A stretch of DNA of 58,845 nt from an uncultured virus (IMG/VR IMGVR_UViG_3300030001_000223) (Duplodnaviria > Heunggongvirae > Uroviricota > Caudoviricetes). The notes beneath the pieces are model-generated. The model was not told the DNA's origin and did no database searches. It saw only the letters and a program-made list of their open reading frames with translations. The stretch covers positions 62,001-120,845 of IMG/VR virus record IMGVR_UViG_3300030001_000223, one strand, 5' to 3'. The translations under genes were made by a program, and so were the position numbers. The stretch's first letter is position 1. Each line of letters starts with the position of its first letter. Of this stretch, positions 11,138 to 20,261 are shown piece by piece.

Positions 11138-12874
11138 ATGTCTCAAAAGATACAGGTTAAAAGAGGTGTAAAAGCTAATTTACCCGTTCTAAGTGTAGGA
11201 GAACCTGCTTTTACTACTGATACAAATGAAATTTTTGTAGGTAATGGTACGACAAATATAGGATTGGCAAAAACAGATACAGCTACAACAACATCAAATG
11301 GATTAATGAGTAATTTAGATAAAACTACAATAACTAATCTTCCAAATATTACAAAAGGTGCAACTATAAACTCTGTACAAGAGGGTAATACTTCAACAGC
11401 TAATGGAGACTATTCTCATGCAGAAGGTTTTGGTAATATAGCTAGTAGTAATTACTCACATGTTGAAGGTCTTTATAATCTAGCATGTAATGGTACTTCT
11501 CATAAAATAACAGCATTTAATGATTTAAATAAAACTATAACATTGGATAATACAACAGGATTAGTGGTAGGCTCTATGTTGTATATTAAAATTACTGATG
11601 TCCTTACCTTATCAGGCATACGTGTAACAGCAATTAGTGGTCTAGTAGTAACCTTAAACACTACTGCAACAATAAATTCTAATTGGTTATTTGTTGTTGA
11701 AAACAATAACCAATATCCAACTCATGCAGAAGGTAATAATACAATAGCAAATGGAATATCATCTCATGCAGAAGGTAATAAAGCTAGAGCTGTAAACAAT
11801 TACTCACATGCAGAAGGTGATACTACATTAGCTGGTGGAGTATCATCTCACTCAGAAGGTTATGTAACACGAGCCATTGGAACTAATTCTCATGCAGAAG
11901 GGAATACTACACAAGCTAATAGTAACCAAGCGCATGCAGAAGGTTCTAACACAGTGGCTAGTGGAATTAATTCTCATGCAGAAGGTGATACTACTACAGC
12001 TAGTGGTACTAGTTCACATGCAGAAGGTTTATCTACAACAGCCAAATATTTACAGCATGTTATGGGACAGTTTAATTCAAGTTCTGCTACAACAGATACA
12101 GCCTATTTATCAACAGGAGAAGCCTTCATAATAGGAAATGGAACAAGTTCGTCAACTCTAGGTAATGCTTTTAAAGTAATGTTTGATGGTAAAACCTATG
12201 CAGATGGTGCATATGCTTCTACTGGTGCGGATTATGCAGAATACTTTGAGTGGAGTGATGAAAATTCTAATAATGAGGATAGGGTAGGGTTTTTTGTTAC
12301 ATTGGATGGAGAGCATATTAGAAAAGCTAATTCTACTGATGATTATATTTTAGGAATTGTATCATCTACTCCATCGGTTATTGGTGATAACTATGAAGCG
12401 TGGAAAGATAAATACGTAACTGATGTGTTTGGAAGAATACAATACCATGACGTAACTGTTCCTGCAATTTACATAACTAAACATCATGACGATGCATATG
12501 AAAATAAAATTATTGAAGAAGTATCAGATGGTGAAGGTAATATTATAACTCCATATTCAACAGAGTCAATTTTAGTAAAAGAAGCATATGATGAACAAGT
12601 GATTGAACAAGACGAAAGAATAGAAGTACAACCTATTTACAACGCAAAGTGGGATTCTTCACAAGAATATATTACAAGAGAACGAAGACAAGAATGGTCA
12701 CCAATTGGTATGATGGGTAAATTATTGGTTAGAGATGATGGTACTTGTGAAGTAAATGGATATTGTAAATCAAATGATGAAGGTATTGCTACTAAATCTG
12801 ATTCATCTGATTTAACAAAATATAAGGTTATGAAAAGAGTTAATGATAATATTATTTTAATATTAGTTAAATAA
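11138..12874 (+). CDS. tail spike/fibre with Mtd-N-like domain, SHAEG beta-roll repeats and C-terminal autoproteolytic chaperone (peptidase G2-like)
   Basis: IQVKRG..VGEPAFTTDT; 14-aa SHAEG repeats; GADYAEYFEW...EWSPIGMMGKLLVRDDGTC. Confidence 0.8.
   Translation: MSQKIQVKRGVKANLPVLSVGEPAFTTDTNEIFVGNGTTNIGLAKTDTATTTSNGLMSNLDKTTITNLPNITKGATINSVQEGNTSTANGDYSHAEGFGNIASSNYSHVEGLYNLACNGTSHKITAFNDLNKTITLDNTTGLVVGSMLYIKITDVLTLSGIRVTAISGLVVTLNTTATINSNWLFVVENNNQYPTHAEGNNTIANGISSHAEGNKARAVNNYSHAEGDTTLAGGVSSHSEGYVTRAIGTNSHAEGNTTQANSNQAHAEGSNTVASGINSHAEGDTTTASGTSSHAEGLSTTAKYLQHVMGQFNSSSATTDTAYLSTGEAFIIGNGTSSSTLGNAFKVMFDGKTYADGAYASTGADYAEYFEWSDENSNNEDRVGFFVTLDGEHIRKANSTDDYILGIVSSTPSVIGDNYEAWKDKYVTDVFGRIQYHDVTVPAIYITKHHDDAYENKIIEEVSDGEGNIITPYSTESILVKEAYDEQVIEQDERIEVQPIYNAKWDSSQEYITRERRQEWSPIGMMGKLLVRDDGTCEVNGYCKSNDEGIATKSDSSDLTKYKVMKRVNDNIILILVK
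11721..12030 (+). repeat. 42-bp tandem coding repeats (SHAEG unit), about 8 copies
   Basis: CATGCAGAAGG-like core recurs every 42 nt. Confidence 0.85.
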
Positions 12875-13011
12875 AGGGAAATAGAAATTATAATACAAAT
12901 ATCGAAAGTAGAACAGATGAAAAGTATACATACGGGAATTTAGATTCCAATAACATTCCACAGTATACAGTAATGTCATAAATTAGTTAATAAAATAAAT
13001 TAAAACAATAC

Positions 13012-13046
13012 AAAAGGTTTGATTATTAATTTAATCGAGCCTTTTT
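13012..13046 (+). terminator. intrinsic terminator
   Basis: AAAAGGTTTGATTA/TAATCGAGCCTTTT stem (G-U pairs) with T tract. Confidence 0.65.
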
Positions 13047-13082
13047 AGTTAAATTAATAATTAGAAAGGAGAGATTAAATTA

Positions 13083-15245
13083 ATGAATCAAATACTAAAA
13101 ACAGTTAATCAAGTTAATGACACAATTGATTCAAGTGGTTTTTTAGATTTAAAAACATATTTGAATTCAATTCAAGGTTCATCAATAAAAAAATGGGATA
13201 ATACAAAATCATATACAAAAGATGAAATAGTAATATATAATGATTTATTTTATCAAAGCGTAGTAGCCAATTCTACATTAGGAACATTTATAATTTCAGA
13301 ATGGAAATCAATTGGAGGAAGTGGTTCAAGTTTTGAGGTAGTATCGTCTCTTCCTAGCAGTAATATAGATTCAAGTAAAATATACATTTTAGGAGATTTT
13401 TCATTAAATTATTATGATAGTTCATGGCATAAATTAGGTAATAACCAAATCTCAATTGGAATAATAGCACCGATAGATACAACAAAATTATTTTTAGACA
13501 TAACCGATAAAACAAAACCTGTTTTAAAATGGTTTGACTCTACAACTACAAGTTGGATGAATGTTAGCAGTACGCAAATTCAAAGTGACTGGACACAAAC
13601 TGACAATACTAAAACAGATTATGTTAAAAATAAGCCTACTAATCTTTTAACTGCTAATAATATTAAACAAGGAACAAATGTCTCATTAACTACTAGTGGA
13701 AATGATGTAACCATTAATGTAAATGGTGGTAATGCAACAAGTATAAATGGTATAAATGTAAATGATTCTAATAGAACTAATGGAACGGGGATATTTTATA
13801 ATAGTTCTACAGGAAAGTACGAGAATGCGACGGTTAATATTACAGGGATAGTGGGCAGTTCACAAATAACTACTATATCAGATACAATAATTCCAAGTGG
13901 TACTGAAGTGGTTTTTAATCATCCAATAAGTACAAATATAATTCCAAGTATAGAAGAACAAATTGCTGGTTCAAGTGTAACAGATACTCATGTAGATTTT
14001 AGTGATGCTAGCAAATATAGTTTACAAGACAGTGGAAAAATATTAGTTGGAAATAACAAAGCACAATTAGATATTTATACTAAATTGTTAATGCATATGG
14101 ATGATTCTAGTTTTACTGATGTTTGTGGACATATTGTAACTAACAATGGAGTGGTTTTAAGTAACAGTATGGGATACTTTAATGGAAATGGATATTTTAA
14201 TATTCCAACTAATACAAATTTTGATTTAAATAATAATAATTTTGAAATTAGATTTAAAATGAATATTCCAACAATTATATCATCTGCTGTAATTTTATCT
14301 AGAGGTGGATGGGGCTTTGCAACCCCTAATAAAATAGGTTGGAGTATAAGAATTGCTTCTAGTACTTTAGAATTTTTAGCAATACAAACTGATGGTTCTT
14401 CTACTGGTGTTTTATTTTCAGTTAATTATACTCAAAAGATAAATACTACGGTATATATTTCTATAATTAGAGTTGGTAACATCATGAGATTTTTTGAAAA
14501 TGGTGTGCAAATAGGAAGCGATATTGCATTTTCAATTAATATACCTTCAACAACAAGTTATGGTATAAATATAGGTGCAGATTTATTAGGAGTAGGAAAA
14601 TTTACTGGTTATATAGGTGAATTACAAATAATAAAAGGGTTATCTTTACATACATCAAATTATAGTAATTATAATCAAGTATTATCATCTCCATATATAA
14701 CAATAAACACTCCAACATATTTAAAAACAACAGGAACATCTAATTACAGTTTAACAACAATAGATACAATAACATCATTAACAATACCAGTAACTTTACC
14801 AAGTGCTAATACAACTTGTAAGATTTTAACTTCATTTGATAATGGCGTAAATTGGTTATATAGGTCTAGTGGGGCATGGTATAAATATACAGGTGATTTA
14901 ACGGTTGCATGGACAAGTAGTAATTTGAATACTGATTTGCAGACATATTTTGCTAATATAAGTTTGACAACTTTAACTAGTGAGTTGAGTAGTTTAGGTA
15001 TAGTGCCTATTAGCTTAGATTTTGCCTTCCAACTTTTGACTGCTTCACTTTCAGAAACACCTTCAGTAAGTGCAATTACTATGATTTATGTAAATAAAGC
15101 ACATAATGAATTTGCAAGTTATGGAAATTATTCAAGTTCAAATGTTGAATTTGGAGTAAAAAGAGTATCAAATAGTCAATTAGCTATAAAGAATTTACAA
15201 AGTACATCAAAAACTATTAAGGTTAATGTTGTTACATCAGTATAA
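13083..15245 (+). CDS. tail/receptor-binding protein with LamG/ConA-like lectin domain
   Basis: TKLLMHMD..FNGNGY..FEIRF..GYIGELQIIKG; N-terminal WDNTKSYTKDEIVIYNDLFYQ CBM-like module. Confidence 0.7.
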   Translation: MNQILKTVNQVNDTIDSSGFLDLKTYLNSIQGSSIKKWDNTKSYTKDEIVIYNDLFYQSVVANSTLGTFIISEWKSIGGSGSSFEVVSSLPSSNIDSSKIYILGDFSLNYYDSSWHKLGNNQISIGIIAPIDTTKLFLDITDKTKPVLKWFDSTTTSWMNVSSTQIQSDWTQTDNTKTDYVKNKPTNLLTANNIKQGTNVSLTTSGNDVTINVNGGNATSINGINVNDSNRTNGTGIFYNSSTGKYENATVNITGIVGSSQITTISDTIIPSGTEVVFNHPISTNIIPSIEEQIAGSSVTDTHVDFSDASKYSLQDSGKILVGNNKAQLDIYTKLLMHMDDSSFTDVCGHIVTNNGVVLSNSMGYFNGNGYFNIPTNTNFDLNNNNFEIRFKMNIPTIISSAVILSRGGWGFATPNKIGWSIRIASSTLEFLAIQTDGSSTGVLFSVNYTQKINTTVYISIIRVGNIMRFFENGVQIGSDIAFSINIPSTTSYGINIGADLLGVGKFTGYIGELQIIKGLSLHTSNYSNYNQVLSSPYITINTPTYLKTTGTSNYSLTTIDTITSLTIPVTLPSANTTCKILTSFDNGVNWLYRSSGAWYKYTGDLTVAWTSSNLNTDLQTYFANISLTTLTSELSSLGIVPISLDFAFQLLTASLSETPSVSAITMIYVNKAHNEFASYGNYSSSNVEFGVKRVSNSQLAIKNLQSTSKTIKVNVVTSV

Positions 15246-15267
15246 AATAAATTAATAAAGATAGGAA

Positions 15268-15678
15268 GTGATAAATTTGGTTGGATATGTATATTTTTCA
15301 GGAAGTTTAATTATTAATGGAAAAATAGATATTGTTGATTATATAGAAATTGATGATAATATCAAAAAAATAGTTGGTAGAGCAAGTGATAATAGTCCAG
15401 AACAGATTTGTTTTGATGGAGGAAGCGATTATATCATTCTTCAAACTGATTCAATTTCAAAAAATATTGGTGATAATATTGTTCTTAATAATTTAATAGA
15501 TTGTAGAGATTACTTTTTGAAAGGTGCTAATTATTGGTATCAAGAACAAATTAAAACATCAAATGAAACTATTAATAATTTAAAAAGTATGAATGATATT
15601 TATGGTTCTACTTTAGATTATTTAATGTTCAATGTGCTACCTAGTTTAGTTGCTACTGAATCAAGTAGTAGCTCTTAA
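15268..15678 (+). CDS. hypothetical protein, possible tail-fibre assembly factor
   Basis: Position after fibre genes; C-terminal helical segment. Confidence 0.5.
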   Translation: MINLVGYVYFSGSLIINGKIDIVDYIEIDDNIKKIVGRASDNSPEQICFDGGSDYIILQTDSISKNIGDNIVLNNLIDCRDYFLKGANYWYQEQIKTSNETINNLKSMNDIYGSTLDYLMFNVLPSLVATESSSSS

Positions 15679-15726
15679 ATATAAAAACTATTCAATAGTA
15701 ATTAAATAATAGAAGGAGGAAAGGAG

Positions 15727-15915
15727 ATGGATAATCATATGGCAACATTTATAGCATTACAAATTATGAAAGCTTATGACACAAATGGATTAGTAGCTGG
15801 ACAAGCCAAATACAGAGGATATTTTATAACTACTAAATTATATTTAGGTTGTAAGTCAGATTGCGATACTATCCTAACTACAGATGGATATAGTCAAGTT
15901 ATCGTAACTGTATAA
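15727..15915 (+). CDS. small phage protein closing the tail-fibre block
   Basis: Strong AGGAGG/AAGGAG RBS; 62 aa. Confidence 0.65.
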   Translation: MDNHMATFIALQIMKAYDTNGLVAGQAKYRGYFITTKLYLGCKSDCDTILTTDGYSQVIVTV

Positions 15916-16020
15916 CAAATTAATAAAACTAACATTTTATGGTAATATTGTATTTGAATAATGGAGTATTATCGAGTAAATGGAAGTAAAACAGAGTTTA
16001 AAAAATTGAATAAATTGATA

Positions 16021-16055
16021 AAAAGACTTAGAGATTAATTTCTTTAGGTCTTTTT
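16021..16055 (+). terminator. intrinsic terminator
   Basis: AAAAGACTTAGAGA/TCTTTAGGTCTTTT stem with T tract. Confidence 0.7.
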
Positions 16056-16179
16056 GTTATAACTATACTCTACGAGGTTTTCAGCTAAAGCTGATTTATT
16101 ATTTCAAATCAAATTTGTTAGGTTCATATTGAACTTTGCAAAAGGTAACTGAAAAGTTATCTTAATTTATCCTTTCGAG

Positions 16180-16254
16180 GAGAATTAGGATTACGCCAAT
16201 CCAGTTCTCTTTTGGAGAGTTTATTTACCTTATCGGCGTTTGGTAATTACTCTT
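16180..16254 (+). promoter_or_regulatory. candidate structured leader: two hairpins with complementary loops
   Basis: GGATT[ACGCC]AATCC hairpin and TTACC[..GGCGT..]GGTAA hairpin; loops ACGCC/GGCGT complementary. Confidence 0.5.
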
Positions 16255-16289
16255 AATAAATTAAAAATAACAGAAAGGAAGGATGATTT

Positions 16290-17192
16290 ATGGCAGGAGA
16301 ATATACTGCAAAGATTAGAGATTATGTCAACATAATGAAAAGCAATGGATTAATCACAGAAGATGGAGAACTTATAACTCCAAATATTAAAAACTTAGAA
16401 AATATAGCAATGGACTTTATTAAAATGGAGGAACAAGGTAAGGAAAAGAAGTTAGATATATTACAAATGAAAGAAGATCAAACTGAATTTCAACAATATT
16501 TATTAGGTTGTTATGGAAGTTTTTATTTCAATTTTTATAAAAGATTCGGAACTATTGAAGGTCAGTTTTTATTTAGATTTATATATTTAGCAACCTTTAT
16601 GAATTATGATAATCTATTGTCTAATGGAGTAAGATTAATAAAAGAAGAAGATTTGATGGAAATATTATTGCTAGGTAAAACAGAGTTTTATAAAACTAAG
16701 AAATATTTAATAGAAAATGATTTTATATCTATACAAGAAAATAAAACCATATTAGTTAATGATAGATATTGTAAAAAAGGAAAAATAAATAAAACTAAAT
16801 CAATTGAGGTGGTAAGAATGTTCAATAATGCAATTCAAGAATTATACATGAAATCAACACCAAAAGAACATAAGAAATTAGCTTTATTAATTGATATATT
16901 GCCATGTATAAACCTAAAATTTAATGTCATTTGCAAGAATCCAACTTGTGAATATGAAGAAAATATTCAGCCTTATACAATGCCAGAATTATGTAGTAAA
17001 TTAGGCTATGATAAAACTCACGCAAGTAGGCTGAAGAAGGACTTGTTTAAATTAAAAGTAAATAATGAAATGGTTATTGGAATATTTGAAAAAGAAAATG
17101 GGAAAGCAATATATGTAAATCCATCTGTATATTATAAAGGTGGTAAATTTGAAGATATTAAAAACTTACAATCAATGTTTAAGATTAAGTAA
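16290..17192 (+). CDS. putative DNA-binding / Rep-like (winged-helix) protein
   Basis: Two HTH-like segments each followed by a beta-hairpin (ILVNDRY; IYVNPSVYYKG), reminiscent of RepL-type proteins; family not certain. Confidence 0.4.
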   Translation: MAGEYTAKIRDYVNIMKSNGLITEDGELITPNIKNLENIAMDFIKMEEQGKEKKLDILQMKEDQTEFQQYLLGCYGSFYFNFYKRFGTIEGQFLFRFIYLATFMNYDNLLSNGVRLIKEEDLMEILLLGKTEFYKTKKYLIENDFISIQENKTILVNDRYCKKGKINKTKSIEVVRMFNNAIQELYMKSTPKEHKKLALLIDILPCINLKFNVICKNPTCEYEENIQPYTMPELCSKLGYDKTHASRLKKDLFKLKVNNEMVIGIFEKENGKAIYVNPSVYYKGGKFEDIKNLQSMFKIK

Positions 17193-17516
17193 AATACCAA
17201 GAATATACATAAGTCTGAAAAGGGTTGATATCACTAGCTTATGTGAATATTGTAATTCATATAATGGCTAAAAATTAATATAAATAGTTCACAAAATGGC
17301 TAATTAATAAATATATGTTCTTGGAATGTAATAAATTACAAAAATAGAGCAATAAAATATCTATACGATACTTATTACCCTATTTCACAAGTTTAACAAA
17401 TTAATATAATAAAAGAAGTTGATTAATTAAATGAAAAATTAAACAATCTTTATTACTATTTTAGTTTAACATAAATTAATGTGATTGTAAATAGGTTCTT
17501 AGAAATAAATTAATGT

Positions 17517-17768
17517 TTATTTGTTGTCAATTTTCTTTTCTATACTGTCAAGCTTATTTTGAATATCTAGCAATAAGAAAAATAATATCATAGCAACTGC
17601 AACTATTTGGAATAGCATCATAGTATCGAAAGACATTTTGTGTAATGCCCAATATAATACGTTTGAACCTAAGAATGTAAAAGCTGATAATATGATTCCC
17701 AATATAGTAAAATTATTAATAAAAAATTTAGTGAACCAATTTACTTTAGTGTTTTCTTTTATTTCCAT
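17517..17768 (-). CDS. small membrane protein, two predicted TM helices
   Basis: Two hydrophobic stretches, AAGGAG RBS, TATAAT at 17811-17816. Confidence 0.7.
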   Translation of the reverse strand: MEIKENTKVNWFTKFFINNFTILGIILSAFTFLGSNVLYWALHKMSFDTMMLFQIVAVAMILFFLLLDIQNKLDSIEKKIDNK

Positions 17769-17988
17769 AATATAAAATCTCCTTTATTAGTTTTGGTTTT
17801 GTTGTTTTATATTATAACCAATTATATGGAAATTATACTTTTTACTTTTAAACTGAAATTGTTCACTAATACCGTTTGATTGTAAATTTGGATATAAACA
17901 AAGAGTAAAAGAATTTCGTGGGTAATTCTCCTACTCTTTACTTTGTTAAATTAAAATGCCATTATGTGCAATTTAGCATTAAATATTT

Positions 17989-18017
17989 ATTATATCATAA
18001 GTTAGGTAAAAAGTAAA
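17989..18017 (-). promoter_or_regulatory. sigmaA-type promoter
   Basis: TTTACT-17 nt-TATAAT with TG extended -10. Confidence 0.6.
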
Positions 18018-18125
18018 CACAACAGAAAATTTTTATAAACAGATAGAATTATATAAGTGAGTAATTACTTTATAAATTTAAAAGTTGAATTTAAATTTTG
18101 CTTAGATTTGATGTATATATTTCTC

Positions 18126-18191
18126 TCGTCGGTTCTCGTTGTAGTTCGTCGGTTTAAATACGAACGATGGAGAACGATATGGTGCGAACGA
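18126..18191. repeat. phased CG-containing repeat array
   Basis: TCGT at 18126, 18136, 18146; GAACGA at 18162, 18172, 18186. Confidence 0.7.
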
Positions 18192-18242
18192 GTGCAATGG
18201 AATTACTACTACACTTTGGGTTATGGAAAAGTTGGTTAAATA

Positions 18243-18270
18243 ATCTGACATAAGTAATATTATGTGATAT
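18243..18270. other. dif-like tyrosine recombinase site
   Basis: ATCTGACATAA-GTAATA-TTATGTGATAT: inverted ACATAA/TTATGT around a 6-bp spacer, 32 bp upstream of the recombinase ORF. Confidence 0.7.
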
Positions 18271-18302
18271 TTCTAAATTATATGATATAATATTCATATG
18301 AG

Positions 18303-19139
18303 GTGATTTTATTGAACACTATAAAACAATTTCAGGAGTTTTTATTAGAAAAAGACAAAAGTTCTAAAACAATTGAAGCCTATGTCAGAGATATTCAGCA
18401 ATTTTATAAATATTTAAGAACTAATAATATTAAAGAAATTCATAATGATACTTTAAAAAGCTACAAGAACTATTTATTACATGAAAGATTTCTTACTGCT
18501 ACTACTGTCAATAGAAAATTAGTTGCATTACATCAATATTTATCTTTTAATGAAATTTCAGCTACAACTAATATCGTAAAAATACAATCTCAAAATTTTT
18601 TAGAGAATGTACTCGATAAATCTGAAGTTGATAAAATGGTTGATATAGCTAAACGTAAAAATGATTTAAGAGCTATTGCATTATTTAAAACATTATCCAA
18701 TACTGGAATGAGAATATCTGAAGCACTTTCCTTGACAATTAATGATATACATAAAGATTCAGTAGAAATAGTTGGTAAGGGAAATAAAAGGAGAATGGTG
18801 TTTATTCCAAAATCATTAAATAAGATTTGGTTACAATATTGTAGAAATGGCAGATATCATACTAAGTTAGATTATTTATTTGTCACTCAAAAAGGTAAAA
18901 TGACAAGAGAAACGGCAGATAAAATAGTTAAAAAGTATGGTAATTTATGCAATATACCGATAGAAAAATGCCATTGCCACAGTTTTCGTCATATGTACTG
19001 TAAGCGTCTAGGTGATAACCCCAATATAACAATTGATATTATAGCTGATTTAGCTGGACATCAAGATATTTCTGTTACAAGAAGATATTTGAGAAAGAGT
19101 AAAAGTGAATTACTTAGTATTATAGAAGATTTAGATTAG
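18303..19139 (+). CDS. XerC/D-like tyrosine recombinase
   Basis: TGMRISEAL, GKGNKRR, HSFRH, LAGHQDISVTRRY; N-terminal SAM-like domain. Confidence 0.92.
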   Translation: MILLNTIKQFQEFLLEKDKSSKTIEAYVRDIQQFYKYLRTNNIKEIHNDTLKSYKNYLLHERFLTATTVNRKLVALHQYLSFNEISATTNIVKIQSQNFLENVLDKSEVDKMVDIAKRKNDLRAIALFKTLSNTGMRISEALSLTINDIHKDSVEIVGKGNKRRMVFIPKSLNKIWLQYCRNGRYHTKLDYLFVTQKGKMTRETADKIVKKYGNLCNIPIEKCHCHSFRHMYCKRLGDNPNITIDIIADLAGHQDISVTRRYLRKSKSELLSIIEDLD

Positions 19140-19167
19140 ATTTAAAATTAAATATAGAATTACATTT

Positions 19168-19197
19168 GAGTTTGTATAAATTGTACAAGCTCTTTTT
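19168..19197 (+). terminator. intrinsic terminator
   Basis: GAGTTTGTATA/TGTACAAGCTC stem with T tract. Confidence 0.65.
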
Positions 19198-19242
19198 GTT
19201 GCGTGAAAATATAGAAATTAAATATGAAAGATATGAAAGGAA

Positions 19243-19857
19243 TTGATAAATATTATGGAAGAAAAAGATTTAAGACAAAAAGATACTATATCAATAGAGT
19301 TTAATCAAGAATTACTTGAAGAATGGACAAAGATTTATTTTAAAAAACATCCTAGAGCTAAAAATAAACCAATAAATTCTCCCGTTCATGAGAGTTTAAA
19401 TATATGGACAATAATGAGAAGACCAATGGCAAATTCTTTGAAACAAAAATGGAAAGATTTTGGAAAGTTTGTTATAGAAAAAAATGGATTATTAGACTTA
19501 GGAATAAAAAAATGTAAATGTAAATACATAGCACATAAATCATATGTTAATTCAAAAAGAAGGATGGATTGTGATAATATAGTGCCTAAATTTATTTTAG
19601 ACTCACTTACATCAGAGTGTACAGGCGTATTGGTTGATGATTCTTGTGATTGTATAGAAGAATTAACTATTAAAATTATACAAGAAAAAAATATAAAAGA
19701 TTATAGCGAGATTATTTTATATGATTGTGAGTATGATAAAGAATTAATGTTCAAAACAAGAGAAATTGAACTTAATAAGATACGCAAAAAAGAACAGACT
19801 ATGGCTGAAAAGAAAACTAAGAAAAAGACAGTTAGTAAAAGTAAGAAGGTGAAATAA
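19243..19857 (+). CDS. RusA-like Holliday junction resolvase
   Basis: RRMDCDNIVPKFILDSL...GVLVDDS resembles the RusA DxDN..K..D..DD pattern. Confidence 0.6.
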   Translation: MINIMEEKDLRQKDTISIEFNQELLEEWTKIYFKKHPRAKNKPINSPVHESLNIWTIMRRPMANSLKQKWKDFGKFVIEKNGLLDLGIKKCKCKYIAHKSYVNSKRRMDCDNIVPKFILDSLTSECTGVLVDDSCDCIEELTIKIIQEKNIKDYSEIILYDCEYDKELMFKTREIELNKIRKKEQTMAEKKTKKKTVSKSKKVK

Positions 19858-19860
19858 ACA

Positions 19861-20040
19861 ATTAATTCAAATAAACAGATTACTAGAGAATACTTAGCTA
19901 ATCCATTTAGTAATGTGTCTTACCATGAAAGATTAGTTATGGCTGGAGCAATTGATTTAACTGATAATTGCTTTGTTCAAGATTTAGGTAATGGTTATTG
20001 TAGGATGGTTGCTATAGATGAGAGTAAGTTAGTTAAATAA
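19861..20040 (+). CDS. 59-aa hypothetical protein with possible ATT start
   Basis: Open frame fills the gap between ORFs; AAGGTG RBS ~10 nt before ATT. Confidence 0.4.
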   Translation: MNSNKQITREYLANPFSNVSYHERLVMAGAIDLTDNCFVQDLGNGYCRMVAIDESKLVK

Positions 20041-20053
20041 TAAATTAAATGGA

Positions 20054-20239
20054 GTGAGAATTATGAATAAGAAAATAGTACATAGCTATATTGATGCAGA
20101 CCGTCTTATGAAGGATGGTTTTATTTGCCATGGTGTAGATAGAGATATTAAAGATAATACAAAATTAGTGTTCTTCTTTGATTATGCAAATGAAGTAATT
20201 AATAAATTAAAAGAATACGAAACGAATAAAAAGTTTTAA
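20054..20239 (+). CDS. small hypothetical protein (DUF5659-like)
   Basis: LMKDGF..DIKDNTKLVFFF pattern. Confidence 0.5.
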   Translation: MRIMNKKIVHSYIDADRLMKDGFICHGVDRDIKDNTKLVFFFDYANEVINKLKEYETNKKF

Positions 20240-20261
20240 AATTGAAAGGATGTAGATAGAA

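Noticed and set aside
11721..12030. CRISPR-like periodic repeats
   Set aside because: In-frame 42-nt coding repeats of a beta-roll protein; no cas genes
10156..12874. Diversity-generating retroelement suggested by Mtd-N-like domains
   Set aside because: No reverse transcriptase and no template/variable repeat pair seen in the window
12875..12982. Short open frame after the tail spike gene
   Set aside because: No convincing start or RBS; at most a gene remnant
18057..18239. 60-aa + strand ORF from the track
   Set aside because: No RBS; overlaps the phased repeat array and is better explained as non-coding
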